This document shows, one piece after another, positions 46,380 through 54,055 of a stretch of DNA of 64,000 bases. How positions within the stretch are numbered: the stretch's first letter is position 1; each line of letters starts with the position of its first letter. This stretch comes from Gemmatimonadota bacterium. GTDB taxonomy: Bacteria; Gemmatimonadota; Gemmatimonadetes; Gemmatimonadales; Gemmatimonadaceae. Both the position numbers and the translations under genes were made by a program. The notes under the pieces are model-generated. The model was not told the DNA's origin and searched no databases. It saw nothing but the letters and a program-made list of their open reading frames with translations. The stretch covers positions 5,279 through 69,278 of the forward strand of contig JAYEKC010000026.1 of assembly GCA_034716715.1 (NCBI GenBank). Direction: 5' to 3'.

Positions 46380-47426
46380 ATGCCGCGCTCCCGAACCGCG
46401 AAACGACCGCCGCGCCCGTGGACTCGCTGGTCCACCAGGCGCCTGCTGCAGCTGCGCCTCAAGGACCTCAACCTGGCCATCGAGGGCACGTGGCTCGAGG
46501 ATTGCCTGGAGGAGCTCTACGGCGAGCTGTCGGCACGCAAGCTCGTCATCCGGCCACACGCGTGGCTGTCCGATGAATGGTTTTCCCCGGGCGGCGTTCC
46601 CGGCATCGCCATCCCGTTCTACCTCGCCCATCCGCGGCTCATGCGCCTGGAACGCGCCCAGCTCCTCGAAGTCGAGGGCGGCACCCACGCCGAGTGCATG
46701 AAGATCCTGCGGCACGAGTGCGGACACGCCGTGCAGCACGCCTACGCCCTGCACCGGCGTCGCGAGTGGCAGCGGCTGTTCGGCCGCTCGTCCACGCGTT
46801 ACCCCGAGGCCTACCGGCCGAACCCGGCCAGCAAGCGCTACGTCCAGCACCTCCGGCGGTGGTACGCCCAGAGTCACCCCGATGAGGACTTCGCCGAGAC
46901 GTTCGCCGTCTGGTTGCGGCCGCACTCCGACTGGCGGCGGAGGTACGCGGGCTGGCCGGCCCTCCGCAAGCTGCAGTACGTGGATCGCCTGATGAAGGAA
47001 ATCGCCGGCCAGCAGCCATTGGTTCGGTCGCGCCGGCGCGTGGATCCGCTCCGCACCCTCTCCCGCACGCTGTTCGAGCATTACACGTACCGGCGCGCGC
47101 TCTACTCCGCCGAGTTTCCCAAGACGTGGGACACCGACCTCCAGCAGCTGTTCTCCAATGACCCGCGGCTCAGGGGCCGGGAGCCGGCATCCGTTTTCCT
47201 CCGCCGTCATCGGTCGTCCATCCGTCGCGTCGTCTCGCGGTGGACGGGCGAGTACCAGTTCACGCTCGACACCGTCCTCGGCGACATGATCGGCCGGTGC
47301 CGCGAGCTCCGCCTCCGCGTCGTCGGCCGGGAGCGGCAGGTCCTGACCGATTTCATGGTGCTGCTGACGGCCCGCACCATGGAAATGCTGTCCAAGAAGG
47401 GCCGCCGGGACTGGATCGTCCTGTGA
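46380..47426 (+). CDS. Putative zinc metallopeptidase (HExxH; Peptidase_Mx / UCP012641-like by memory)
   Basis: ILRHECGHAVQH (HExxH) with a downstream HPDEDFAETFAVWL. No signal peptide. 348 aa. Confidence 0.65.
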   Translation: MPRSRTAKRPPRPWTRWSTRRLLQLRLKDLNLAIEGTWLEDCLEELYGELSARKLVIRPHAWLSDEWFSPGGVPGIAIPFYLAHPRLMRLERAQLLEVEGGTHAECMKILRHECGHAVQHAYALHRRREWQRLFGRSSTRYPEAYRPNPASKRYVQHLRRWYAQSHPDEDFAETFAVWLRPHSDWRRRYAGWPALRKLQYVDRLMKEIAGQQPLVRSRRRVDPLRTLSRTLFEHYTYRRALYSAEFPKTWDTDLQQLFSNDPRLRGREPASVFLRRHRSSIRRVVSRWTGEYQFTLDTVLGDMIGRCRELRLRVVGRERQVLTDFMVLLTARTMEMLSKKGRRDWIVL

Positions 47427-48445
47427 AGCCGCTCCGCGTGCTCGCCCTGATGCACCCCGAACTCGTCCCCGGCGACGACCGCCGCCGCCTGTCCCAGCAG
47501 GAAGCCGCCGAGTCCAAGACCGAGTACGACGTCGTGCGCACGCTCCGCGCGGCCGGGCACGAGGTCCATCCCCTCGGCGTGCAGTACGAGCTGTTCCCCA
47601 TCCGCGACGTCATCGACCAGCTCAAGCCCCATATCGTGTTCAACCTGCTTGAGGAGTTCCACGGGGAAGTGCTGTTCGACCAGAACGTGGTGAGCTTCCT
47701 CGAACTCCTGCACATGCCCTACACGGGCTGCAACCCGCGCGGGCTCGTCATTTCGCGGGGCAAGGCCCTCTCGAAGAAGCTGGTCGCGTATCACCGCATC
47801 CGGGTGCCCGATTTCGCGGTGTTTCCCATCGGACAGAAGGTTCGCCGGCCCGCCCACCTCAAGTTCCCCCTGATCGTCAAGTCGCTCATCGAACACGCCT
47901 CCGTCGGGATTGCACGCGCCTCAGTCGTCGATTCCGACGACAAGCTCGCCGAGCGGGTGAGCTTCGTGCATGAACGGCTCGGCACCGACGCCATCGCCGA
48001 GCAGTTCATCGAGGGCCGCGAGCTCTACGTGAGTGTGCTCGGCAACGAACGCCTCGCCGTGTTTCCGATCTGGGAGCTCGTCGCCCGGAACCGGGCCGAG
48101 GGCGAGCCGCTCATCGCCACGGCCAAGGTCAAGCACGACACGGAGTACCAGGAGCGGCACGGCATCGTCATCGGGCGCGCAGAGATTCCCGCGGAGCTGG
48201 CGGCGCGCATGGCACGCGCCGCACGGCGCATCTACAAGATCCTTGAGCTTTCCGGGTACGCGCGGCTCGATTTTCGGCTCGATGCGGCCGGGAACTTCTT
48301 CTTCCTGGAGGCCAACCCCAATCCGGAAATCGCCGAGCAGGAGGAGTTCGCCGAGGCGGCGAGTGCGGCAGGCGTCCCCTACCCGGCGCTGCTCGAACGC
48401 ATCCTCACGCTCGGCCTCAGGCAGAGGCGGCCCGCCTCGATGTGA
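47423..48445 (+). CDS. ATP-grasp enzyme, D-Ala-D-Ala ligase-like
   Basis: The GTG start overlaps the upstream stop (GTGA). PLIVKSLIEHASVGI, EQFIEGRELYVSVLG and ARLDFRLDAAGNFFFLEANPNPE give the Ddl-type ATP-grasp topology. Confidence 0.8.
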   Translation: MKPLRVLALMHPELVPGDDRRRLSQQEAAESKTEYDVVRTLRAAGHEVHPLGVQYELFPIRDVIDQLKPHIVFNLLEEFHGEVLFDQNVVSFLELLHMPYTGCNPRGLVISRGKALSKKLVAYHRIRVPDFAVFPIGQKVRRPAHLKFPLIVKSLIEHASVGIARASVVDSDDKLAERVSFVHERLGTDAIAEQFIEGRELYVSVLGNERLAVFPIWELVARNRAEGEPLIATAKVKHDTEYQERHGIVIGRAEIPAELAARMARAARRIYKILELSGYARLDFRLDAAGNFFFLEANPNPEIAEQEEFAEAASAAGVPYPALLERILTLGLRQRRPASM

Positions 48446-48446
48446 A

Positions 48447-48482
48447 GACGGCGGGAGGCCCTTCCGGGTCTCTGCCGCCGTC
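48447..48482. terminator. Bidirectional hairpin between the ATP-grasp gene and tRNA-Phe
   Basis: gacggcgggaggccc / ttcc / gggtctctgccgccgtc gives 15 base pairs (one G-U) with a 2-nt bulge. It starts 2 nt after the ATP-grasp stop and ends 19 nt beyond the tRNA 3' end. Confidence 0.5.
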
Positions 48483-48500
48483 AGTACTTCAAATAGGGAG

Positions 48501-48573
<73 letters not shown>

Positions 48574-48583
48574 AGAACCATGT

Positions 48584-48612
48584 AATGTACCGGCCGCTCG
48601 AACCGCGGCCAA
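48584..48612 (-). promoter_or_regulatory. Candidate sigma-70-type promoter for tRNA-Phe
   Basis: The minus strand reads cTTGGCC-N17-TACATT-acatggttct-(tRNA +1), so the -10 element ends 10 nt before the mature 5' end. This is a pattern match only. Confidence 0.3.
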
Positions 48613-48667
48613 GCCTGAACGGCTGGGTATCCGTGACTTTCGCCGGGCTGTATGCTTCCTATACACG

Positions 48668-49552
48668 GTGCCAACCCTTCGAGTCGCATACCAGCAGGAG
48701 CTGAGCTCCTTTGGCGAGGAGGCCGCTCGCCAACTATGGGGCGGCGATGCGGACCTTATGCCCCTGCAGGACTTCGGGGACATCGCGACGGCCGTCGCTG
48801 CGGGCGCCGCCGATCGCGGCGTCCTCCCCATCGAGCACACCATCCTTGGCTCCGTGCAGTCCAGCCACGACGCCATCGACGCCGCCGCTGGCATTGTGGC
48901 CGTCGCCGAGACCGTTGTCCCGTCGCAACTTTGTCTCCTGGGACCGCCGGATACGAAACTCGACGCCGTCGGCGACGTCTTTTGCCACCCCGTCGCGCTC
49001 GCCCAGTGCCGCGTGTTCTTCCGCGCAAATCCCCGTATCACGGTCCATTCCGTCCTCGACACGGCCGCGTCGGTTGAGGACGTCGAGAACCTGGCCGATC
49101 CGCAGTTTGCCGTCGTCGCGAGCCGGGCCGCCCTGCTCGTCCATCCCCTGGCGGTCGTCGCACCCGACATCCAGGACCGGCCCGATGCACAGACGCGATT
49201 CCTCGGCGTGTCGGCCGCTCGTCAGGCGCTGCCCCGCGGAACACCCGCCCGTACCACGTGCCTCGCAACCGTGGAAGATGTGCCGGGGGCCCTCCTCAAT
49301 ACGCTGGCCCCCCTGGCCTCCCACGGGGTCAACATGCGACGGATTGAAGGGCGGCCGACCGGCGTGCCGTGGGTGTATCGCTTTTTCTTCGAGTTCGACC
49401 ACGAAAGCGGCGATGCGGAAATCGATGCCGTGCTCGCGGAATTGACGGCCGGAGCCAAGGATGTTCGCTGGCTCGGCACGTACCCGCGGTGGAATGCGGG
49501 GAGGCGCGGATCGATCGGTTGGCGGTCCGGATCGATTCCGCCCGTCGACTAG
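48668..49552 (+). CDS. pheA: Prephenate dehydratase (PDT + ACT domains)
   Basis: VAYQQELSSFGEEAA...GVLPIEHTILGSV...TRF and an ACT-like tail VPGALLNTLAPLASHGVNMRRIEGRP. The GTG start at 48668 is taken from the track and is uncertain. Confidence 0.8.
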   Translation: MPTLRVAYQQELSSFGEEAARQLWGGDADLMPLQDFGDIATAVAAGAADRGVLPIEHTILGSVQSSHDAIDAAAGIVAVAETVVPSQLCLLGPPDTKLDAVGDVFCHPVALAQCRVFFRANPRITVHSVLDTAASVEDVENLADPQFAVVASRAALLVHPLAVVAPDIQDRPDAQTRFLGVSAARQALPRGTPARTTCLATVEDVPGALLNTLAPLASHGVNMRRIEGRPTGVPWVYRFFFEFDHESGDAEIDAVLAELTAGAKDVRWLGTYPRWNAGRRGSIGWRSGSIPPVD

Positions 49553-49992
49553 CGCCCTGGTTTTCCGGGCCCCCGGCCCACGCGCGCTTTTCCCACGCCC
49601 GTTCCGCCCGGCACGCGCGCCGTGATCACCGACTTGATCCCCCCGCGGAGGTTGAAGTCGCCCACCACGGTCATCGTGCGGGGCTTCGCGGCGGACGCCA
49701 GGTCGTCGAGGATCGTGTTGACGGCACGTTCATAGAAAATCCCGTCGTTGCGAAAGCTCCACAGGTAGAGCTTGAGGCTCTTCAGCTCGATGCAGCGCCG
49801 GTTCGGCACGTAGGTGATCGTGATCGTACCGAAATCCGGCGCACCCCCCTGAAGCGCTTCGAGGTCCGTGGCGTCCGACTCGATCCCTCCCACCGGGCAA
49901 AGGGACGTGAACTCGGGACATGACATCACGATCTCGTAGTCGCGACCCGGATAGGGGTTTGCGAACGTCTCCAGCAGGTCGGGGCGTGGCAT
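49549..49992 (-). CDS. queF: NADPH-dependent 7-cyano-7-deazaguanine (preQ0) reductase, type I
   Basis: CPEFTSLCP (catalytic Cys) and the QueF motif ELKSLKLYLWSFRN. About 14 extra residues lie between CP and PDF relative to the Bacillus-type sequence as I remember it. Confidence 0.85.
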   Translation of the reverse strand: MPRPDLLETFANPYPGRDYEIVMSCPEFTSLCPVGGIESDATDLEALQGGAPDFGTITITYVPNRRCIELKSLKLYLWSFRNDGIFYERAVNTILDDLASAAKPRTMTVVGDFNLRGGIKSVITARVPGGTGVGKARVGRGPGKPGR

Positions 49993-49995
49993 TCG

Positions 49996-50907
49996 TTATC
50001 CGCCACGAAGGCGCCGCGACGCTTCATCGAGCCGCCGGCGTTCCTCCAGCGTCAGGCTGTCCAGCCCCTGGCGCGAAATCTTGTCGAGCAGCTCGTCGAG
50101 CCCCGCTGGATCGCCGTCATGCACGTGCGTTGCCCGCCGGGCTGCTGCCTCGCGCGCCACGGTGGCATTGCTCTGCGCAACGATATCGTCCTCGTGGCGC
50201 TGCGCCCTGGGATGCGCCCGCGGCACCGCTCGCGGCATCTCGTCGGGCTCGTCGGGCACTTGCGACATCCCCTCCCGCAACCGCTTCAGGTCCAGCGAAC
50301 CGGCTGTTCGCAAGTATGCCCATGCCGCCACGATCCCGCCCGCATGGGCCAGGAATGCAGCGGCGGCATCCGGAGGGCCTGCGGCGATGCCGACGGCGAG
50401 GATCAATGCCGTTCCCCCTACCGTCAGCCAGCCGGCCGACACCGAGATGGCTCCGATCCGCAGGGGCGGCTCGCCACCGCTCAGCGACGCGAAGGCGAGG
50501 ATCACGCCCATGGCCGGGCCTGCCGCGCCGGCGAGCACCACGTCGGACGGCGCGCCAATCAGGTGCGTAATCCACGCGCCCAGCGCGCACGTAAGGTAGA
50601 ACCGGACGAACTCGCCACTTCCCCAGCTTCGCTCCAGGCGCGAGCCGAACACGAGCAGGACTGTGGAATTGAGCGCGAGCGGCCACGGCGCATCGTGCAC
50701 GAGCGTGAACGTCAGCAGCGTCCACCAGCGGTGCCCCAGGTCGGGAGTCGCAAACCCGAGCGCCGACTCCACGTCGCCGGGGGCAAGGACCGAGGCCTGG
50801 ATGAAGTACAAGCCGAGCGCGGCGACGACGATGCCGCGGGTGACCCATGGCCGGCGGGGTGCGGCGGCCTCGGAAGCGGATATCCGGTCCTGGTGTTCGT
50901 CGGTCAC
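49996..50907 (-). CDS. Rhomboid-family membrane protein with the catalytic Ser position apparently Ala; C-terminal cytoplasmic helical tail
   Basis: Rhomboid blocks HRWWTLLTFTLVH, LFGSRLERSWGSGEF and FLAHAGGIVAAWAY (His retained), but the GxSG position reads LAGAAGPAMG. The GTG start 50905-50907 overlaps the upstream stop (GTGA). Confidence 0.7.
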   Translation of the reverse strand: MTDEHQDRISASEAAAPRRPWVTRGIVVAALGLYFIQASVLAPGDVESALGFATPDLGHRWWTLLTFTLVHDAPWPLALNSTVLLVFGSRLERSWGSGEFVRFYLTCALGAWITHLIGAPSDVVLAGAAGPAMGVILAFASLSGGEPPLRIGAISVSAGWLTVGGTALILAVGIAAGPPDAAAAFLAHAGGIVAAWAYLRTAGSLDLKRLREGMSQVPDEPDEMPRAVPRAHPRAQRHEDDIVAQSNATVAREAAARRATHVHDGDPAGLDELLDKISRQGLDSLTLEERRRLDEASRRLRGG

Positions 50908-51569
50908 CGGAGTCCTGCGGGCGGGGGGAGGCGCAGGGCCAGGCAGCAATCGGCGTGCTGTGTCATCGCCTGCTCGAGCAGGGTGGACCATCTCCGGTCG
51001 AGCGTCGGCGCGTCGCCACCCGTCAGGGTCGGGTGCAGCACCACTTCGACGCCGGCGCTCGCCTCGCCAGCCTGCTGGATCACTCGCAGCACCTGTGCGT
51101 CCGTCGTGTCGTCGCGGGGAACGAGCACCAGCGCGTGTCGGCGGCCCGCCGCGGCGGACGCCTTGATGGTGCTGATGGCGTGCGCGATGGACGCATCCGG
51201 CCCCGTGAATTCCACCGTCACCTGGATGAGCGCGAGTCGTCCCGCAATCTCCCGGATGGCGGCGGGACGCTGGCCGTCCGTGTCGAGCATGACGGGAATG
51301 TCACCGGGAATTTCAGCCAGCGCCGCCTGGAGGAACGGCACGTTGGCGAGGGGGTCGCGGCCACCAATTGAGATGGAATGAAACTGCGACCTGCCCAGCT
51401 GGCGCTCCAATTCGCGAACGAGCGCCGTGGCCGTGTACATGGTCGCGGTCTCCGCCTCGCCGGCGAACCGGATGAACAGCTGACGGCGTCCGACCCAAAG
51501 GCCCTGCGCCTGCACGCCGGACGGGACGCCCGCCAGCGCGGCAGCGGCAATGGGTTTCGATGCGGTCAT
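50904..51569 (-). CDS. QueE-like (7-carboxy-7-deazaguanine synthase fold) protein lacking the radical-SAM cysteine triad
   Basis: Trimmed to ATG 51567-51569 (ATGA overlap with ddl). 221 aa. The blocks VQAQGLWVGRRQLFIRFAG, SISIGGRDP and MLDTDG are collinear with QueE, but the cluster motif position reads EAETATMY. Confidence 0.5.
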   Translation of the reverse strand: MTASKPIAAAALAGVPSGVQAQGLWVGRRQLFIRFAGEAETATMYTATALVRELERQLGRSQFHSISIGGRDPLANVPFLQAALAEIPGDIPVMLDTDGQRPAAIREIAGRLALIQVTVEFTGPDASIAHAISTIKASAAAGRRHALVLVPRDDTTDAQVLRVIQQAGEASAGVEVVLHPTLTGGDAPTLDRRWSTLLEQAMTQHADCCLALRLPPPAGLR

Positions 51570-52621
51570 GCGTTTGCTCCGCCGGAGTGAGCCTGCAGCG
51601 CCAGCTGCGCGATACGCTCGCACAGGCCGGGAAAGGAAATGCCATCCGCCGCAGCCGCCTGGGGAATGAGGCTCAGCTCGGTCATCCCAGGCAGCGTATT
51701 GGCCTCGAGACAAAGGAATTCTCCCCCCTCGGTCATTCGGAAGTCAATGCGGGCATACCCAGTGAGCTTCAGGACGCGGAACGCGCGCAGCGCGAGGTCC
51801 TGTATCGAGTTGGCCTGGTCCGACGTGAGGTCGGCCGGAAACACCTCGCGAGCCATCCCCGGGGTGTACTTGCACTCATAGTCATACAGCTCATGCGCCG
51901 GAATGATCTCGCCCACGGGGAGGGCCCGGTCGCCCAGGATGCCAACGGTCAGCTCCCGGCCGGCAACGAACCGTTCCACCATGACCTCGTCGTCGTGCGT
52001 GAAGGCCTCGGCAATCGCGCCCGCGAGATCGGGTGGTGACTTGACCAGGGTCAATCCGACGGTCGAGCCTTCTTTCGATGGCTTGACGACCACCGGGATG
52101 CCGAGTGTGGACGCAACGTGCTCTGCATACGCCGGGGACTTCCACGCGGTGGTGTCCGCCTTGCGGATCAACTCCCAGTCCGGCGTCGGAACGCCGGCGC
52201 TCCGGAACAACCGCTTCGACAAGTCCTTGTCCATCGCCAGCGCGCTCGCGAGGTGGCCGCTGCCCGTGTAGGGCACGCCGGTGAGGTCCAGCAGGGCCTG
52301 GATCGTGCCGTCTTCGCCCTGCCCGCCGTGCAGGGCGAGGAACACGAGGTCCGGCCGATGTTCCACCGTGAGTCGTTGCACCGCCGACGGCAGCGTTCGC
52401 GCTCCAAGACTGGCAAGGCTCGCCCGGTCCGGCGGCAACGCCCGCATCACGCCGGCCTGCAGCATCGCCGTTTCGTCGCCGGACGTCAGGACTCCGCGGA
52501 CGGTGTCGATGGCCTCGACATCGTGCCCGCGCTCCCGGAGCGCCCGGGCGATCCGGAGTCCCGACGCCAGTGAGACGTCGCGCTCGGACGACGTGCCTCC
52601 CATCAGCACCACGATGCGCAT
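51566..52621 (-). CDS. ddl: D-alanine--D-alanine ligase
   Basis: MRIVVLMGGTSSERDVSLASG, FLALHGGQGEDGTIQ, PVVVKPSKEGSTVG and RIDFRM...FLCLEANTLPGMT. Confidence 0.9.
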   Translation of the reverse strand: MRIVVLMGGTSSERDVSLASGLRIARALRERGHDVEAIDTVRGVLTSGDETAMLQAGVMRALPPDRASLASLGARTLPSAVQRLTVEHRPDLVFLALHGGQGEDGTIQALLDLTGVPYTGSGHLASALAMDKDLSKRLFRSAGVPTPDWELIRKADTTAWKSPAYAEHVASTLGIPVVVKPSKEGSTVGLTLVKSPPDLAGAIAEAFTHDDEVMVERFVAGRELTVGILGDRALPVGEIIPAHELYDYECKYTPGMAREVFPADLTSDQANSIQDLALRAFRVLKLTGYARIDFRMTEGGEFLCLEANTLPGMTELSLIPQAAAADGISFPGLCERIAQLALQAHSGGANA

Positions 52622-52624
52622 CGG

Positions 52625-54025
52625 TTACCGCGACATCAGGAACGCCAGGAGATCAGAACGAGTCACGATCCCCAGGATTTCCCCGTTTTCCCGTACGAGA
52701 ACCGCCGGGTTCGCCTTGGAAAGGACCTTCACGATTGTCTCCACCGGCTGGTCGGCCTCGACGGTCGGATACGGCGAATCCATCACGTCCGCGACGGCCC
52801 GATCGAGCACCTTCGCGTCGTCGAGTGCCGCCGCGCTCAGTGCGCTTTCGCTCACCGCGCCAACGCACCCCCCCTTGTCGATCACCGGCACCTGCGACAC
52901 GTCGTGCACGGTCATCAGCCGCAGGGCCTGCCGCACCGTCGCCGTTGGCGCGACGCTCACGACGCCGGTGGGCGCAGCCCCGTGCTTGGCGTCGAGCAGC
53001 TGGCCGAGTGGAGTGCGCGGCTGTTCGAGCATCTGGTTCTCGCGCATCCACTCGTCGTTGTAGAGCTTCGAGAGGTACCGCTCGCCCGTGTCGCACTGGA
53101 ACGTCACCACGCAGGCGTCGGGGTCGTTCACGCGGCGGGCGACCGTCAGTGCCACGTGCACCAGCAGGCCTGTGGATCCGCCGGAAAACAGCCCTTCTTC
53201 GCGGGTCATCCGTCGCGCCATGCTGAACGCATCCCGGTCCACGACGGTCTGGAATTCGTCGATGATCGACATATCCAGTGCCCCGGGAATCTTGTCCTGG
53301 CCAACGCCTTCCACCTTGTAGGGGACGCCTTCCACCTTGTTCGTCCCGTTGCTTCGCCAGTACTCCGCGAGGATCGATCCCGCCGGGTCGGCACCCACCA
53401 CCTGGACCTTCGGGTTCTTGCCTTTCAGGTAGCGCCCCACGCCCGTGATCGTGCCGCCGGTTCCGGCGCCCGCAACGAGGTGCGTCACGCGCCCCTGCGT
53501 CTGTTCCCAGATCTCGGGCCCGGTGGTGGCCGTGTGCGCCTCCGGGTTGGCCTCGTTGTAGAACTGGTCCGCCAGCACGGCGTTTGGCGTCTCCTTCGCG
53601 ATCCGCTTCGCCATCGTCGTGTAGCTGTCCGGATGATCCGGCGGAACAGCGGTCGGCGTGATGATCACTTCCGCGCCGTACGCCTTGAGCAGCCGCACTT
53701 TCTCCTGCGACATCTTGTCCGGCATCGTGAAGATGCAACGATATCCCTTGAGGGCGGCGGCCAACGCGAGCCCGACGCCGGTGTTGCCGCTGGTTCCCTC
53801 CACGATCGTGCCGCCGGGCTTCAGCCGGCCCTCGCGCTCCGCCCGCTCGATGATCGGGAGCCCGATCCGGTCCTTGATGGAGCCGCCCGGGTTCCGGGAT
53901 TCGGCCTTCACCCATACGGGTGTCGTAATGCCCCGGGTCACCCGCGTCAGGCGAATCAGCGGCGTCCAGCCGATCGTGTCGAGGACGGACTCGTAGACCC
54001 GCAGGTCGCGCGGTGGCGTTGACAT
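52625..54025 (-). CDS. Cystathionine beta-synthase-type PLP enzyme (CysK-like domain plus a CBS pair)
   Basis: NPGGSIKDR (PLP lysine) and GTSGNTGVGLA, followed by two C-terminal CBS modules (VHDVSQVPVIDKGGCVGAVS; AVLVRENGEILGIVTRSDLL). Confidence 0.85.
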   Translation of the reverse strand: MSTPPRDLRVYESVLDTIGWTPLIRLTRVTRGITTPVWVKAESRNPGGSIKDRIGLPIIERAEREGRLKPGGTIVEGTSGNTGVGLALAAALKGYRCIFTMPDKMSQEKVRLLKAYGAEVIITPTAVPPDHPDSYTTMAKRIAKETPNAVLADQFYNEANPEAHTATTGPEIWEQTQGRVTHLVAGAGTGGTITGVGRYLKGKNPKVQVVGADPAGSILAEYWRSNGTNKVEGVPYKVEGVGQDKIPGALDMSIIDEFQTVVDRDAFSMARRMTREEGLFSGGSTGLLVHVALTVARRVNDPDACVVTFQCDTGERYLSKLYNDEWMRENQMLEQPRTPLGQLLDAKHGAAPTGVVSVAPTATVRQALRLMTVHDVSQVPVIDKGGCVGAVSESALSAAALDDAKVLDRAVADVMDSPYPTVEADQPVETIVKVLSKANPAVLVRENGEILGIVTRSDLLAFLMSR

Positions 54026-54055
54026 GACGGTGCGATGGCGAGGGATGCGGTGAAT

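Noticed and set aside
43050-47210. 1386-aa ORF on the minus strand, the longest in the track
   Set aside because: The composition is overwhelmingly Arg/Gly/Ala/Pro/Asp with no recognisable motifs. It runs antisense to, or out of frame with, transketolase, the MFS transporter and the HExxH protein, all of which have clear family signatures. It is a typical stop-codon-poor shadow ORF of GC-rich DNA.
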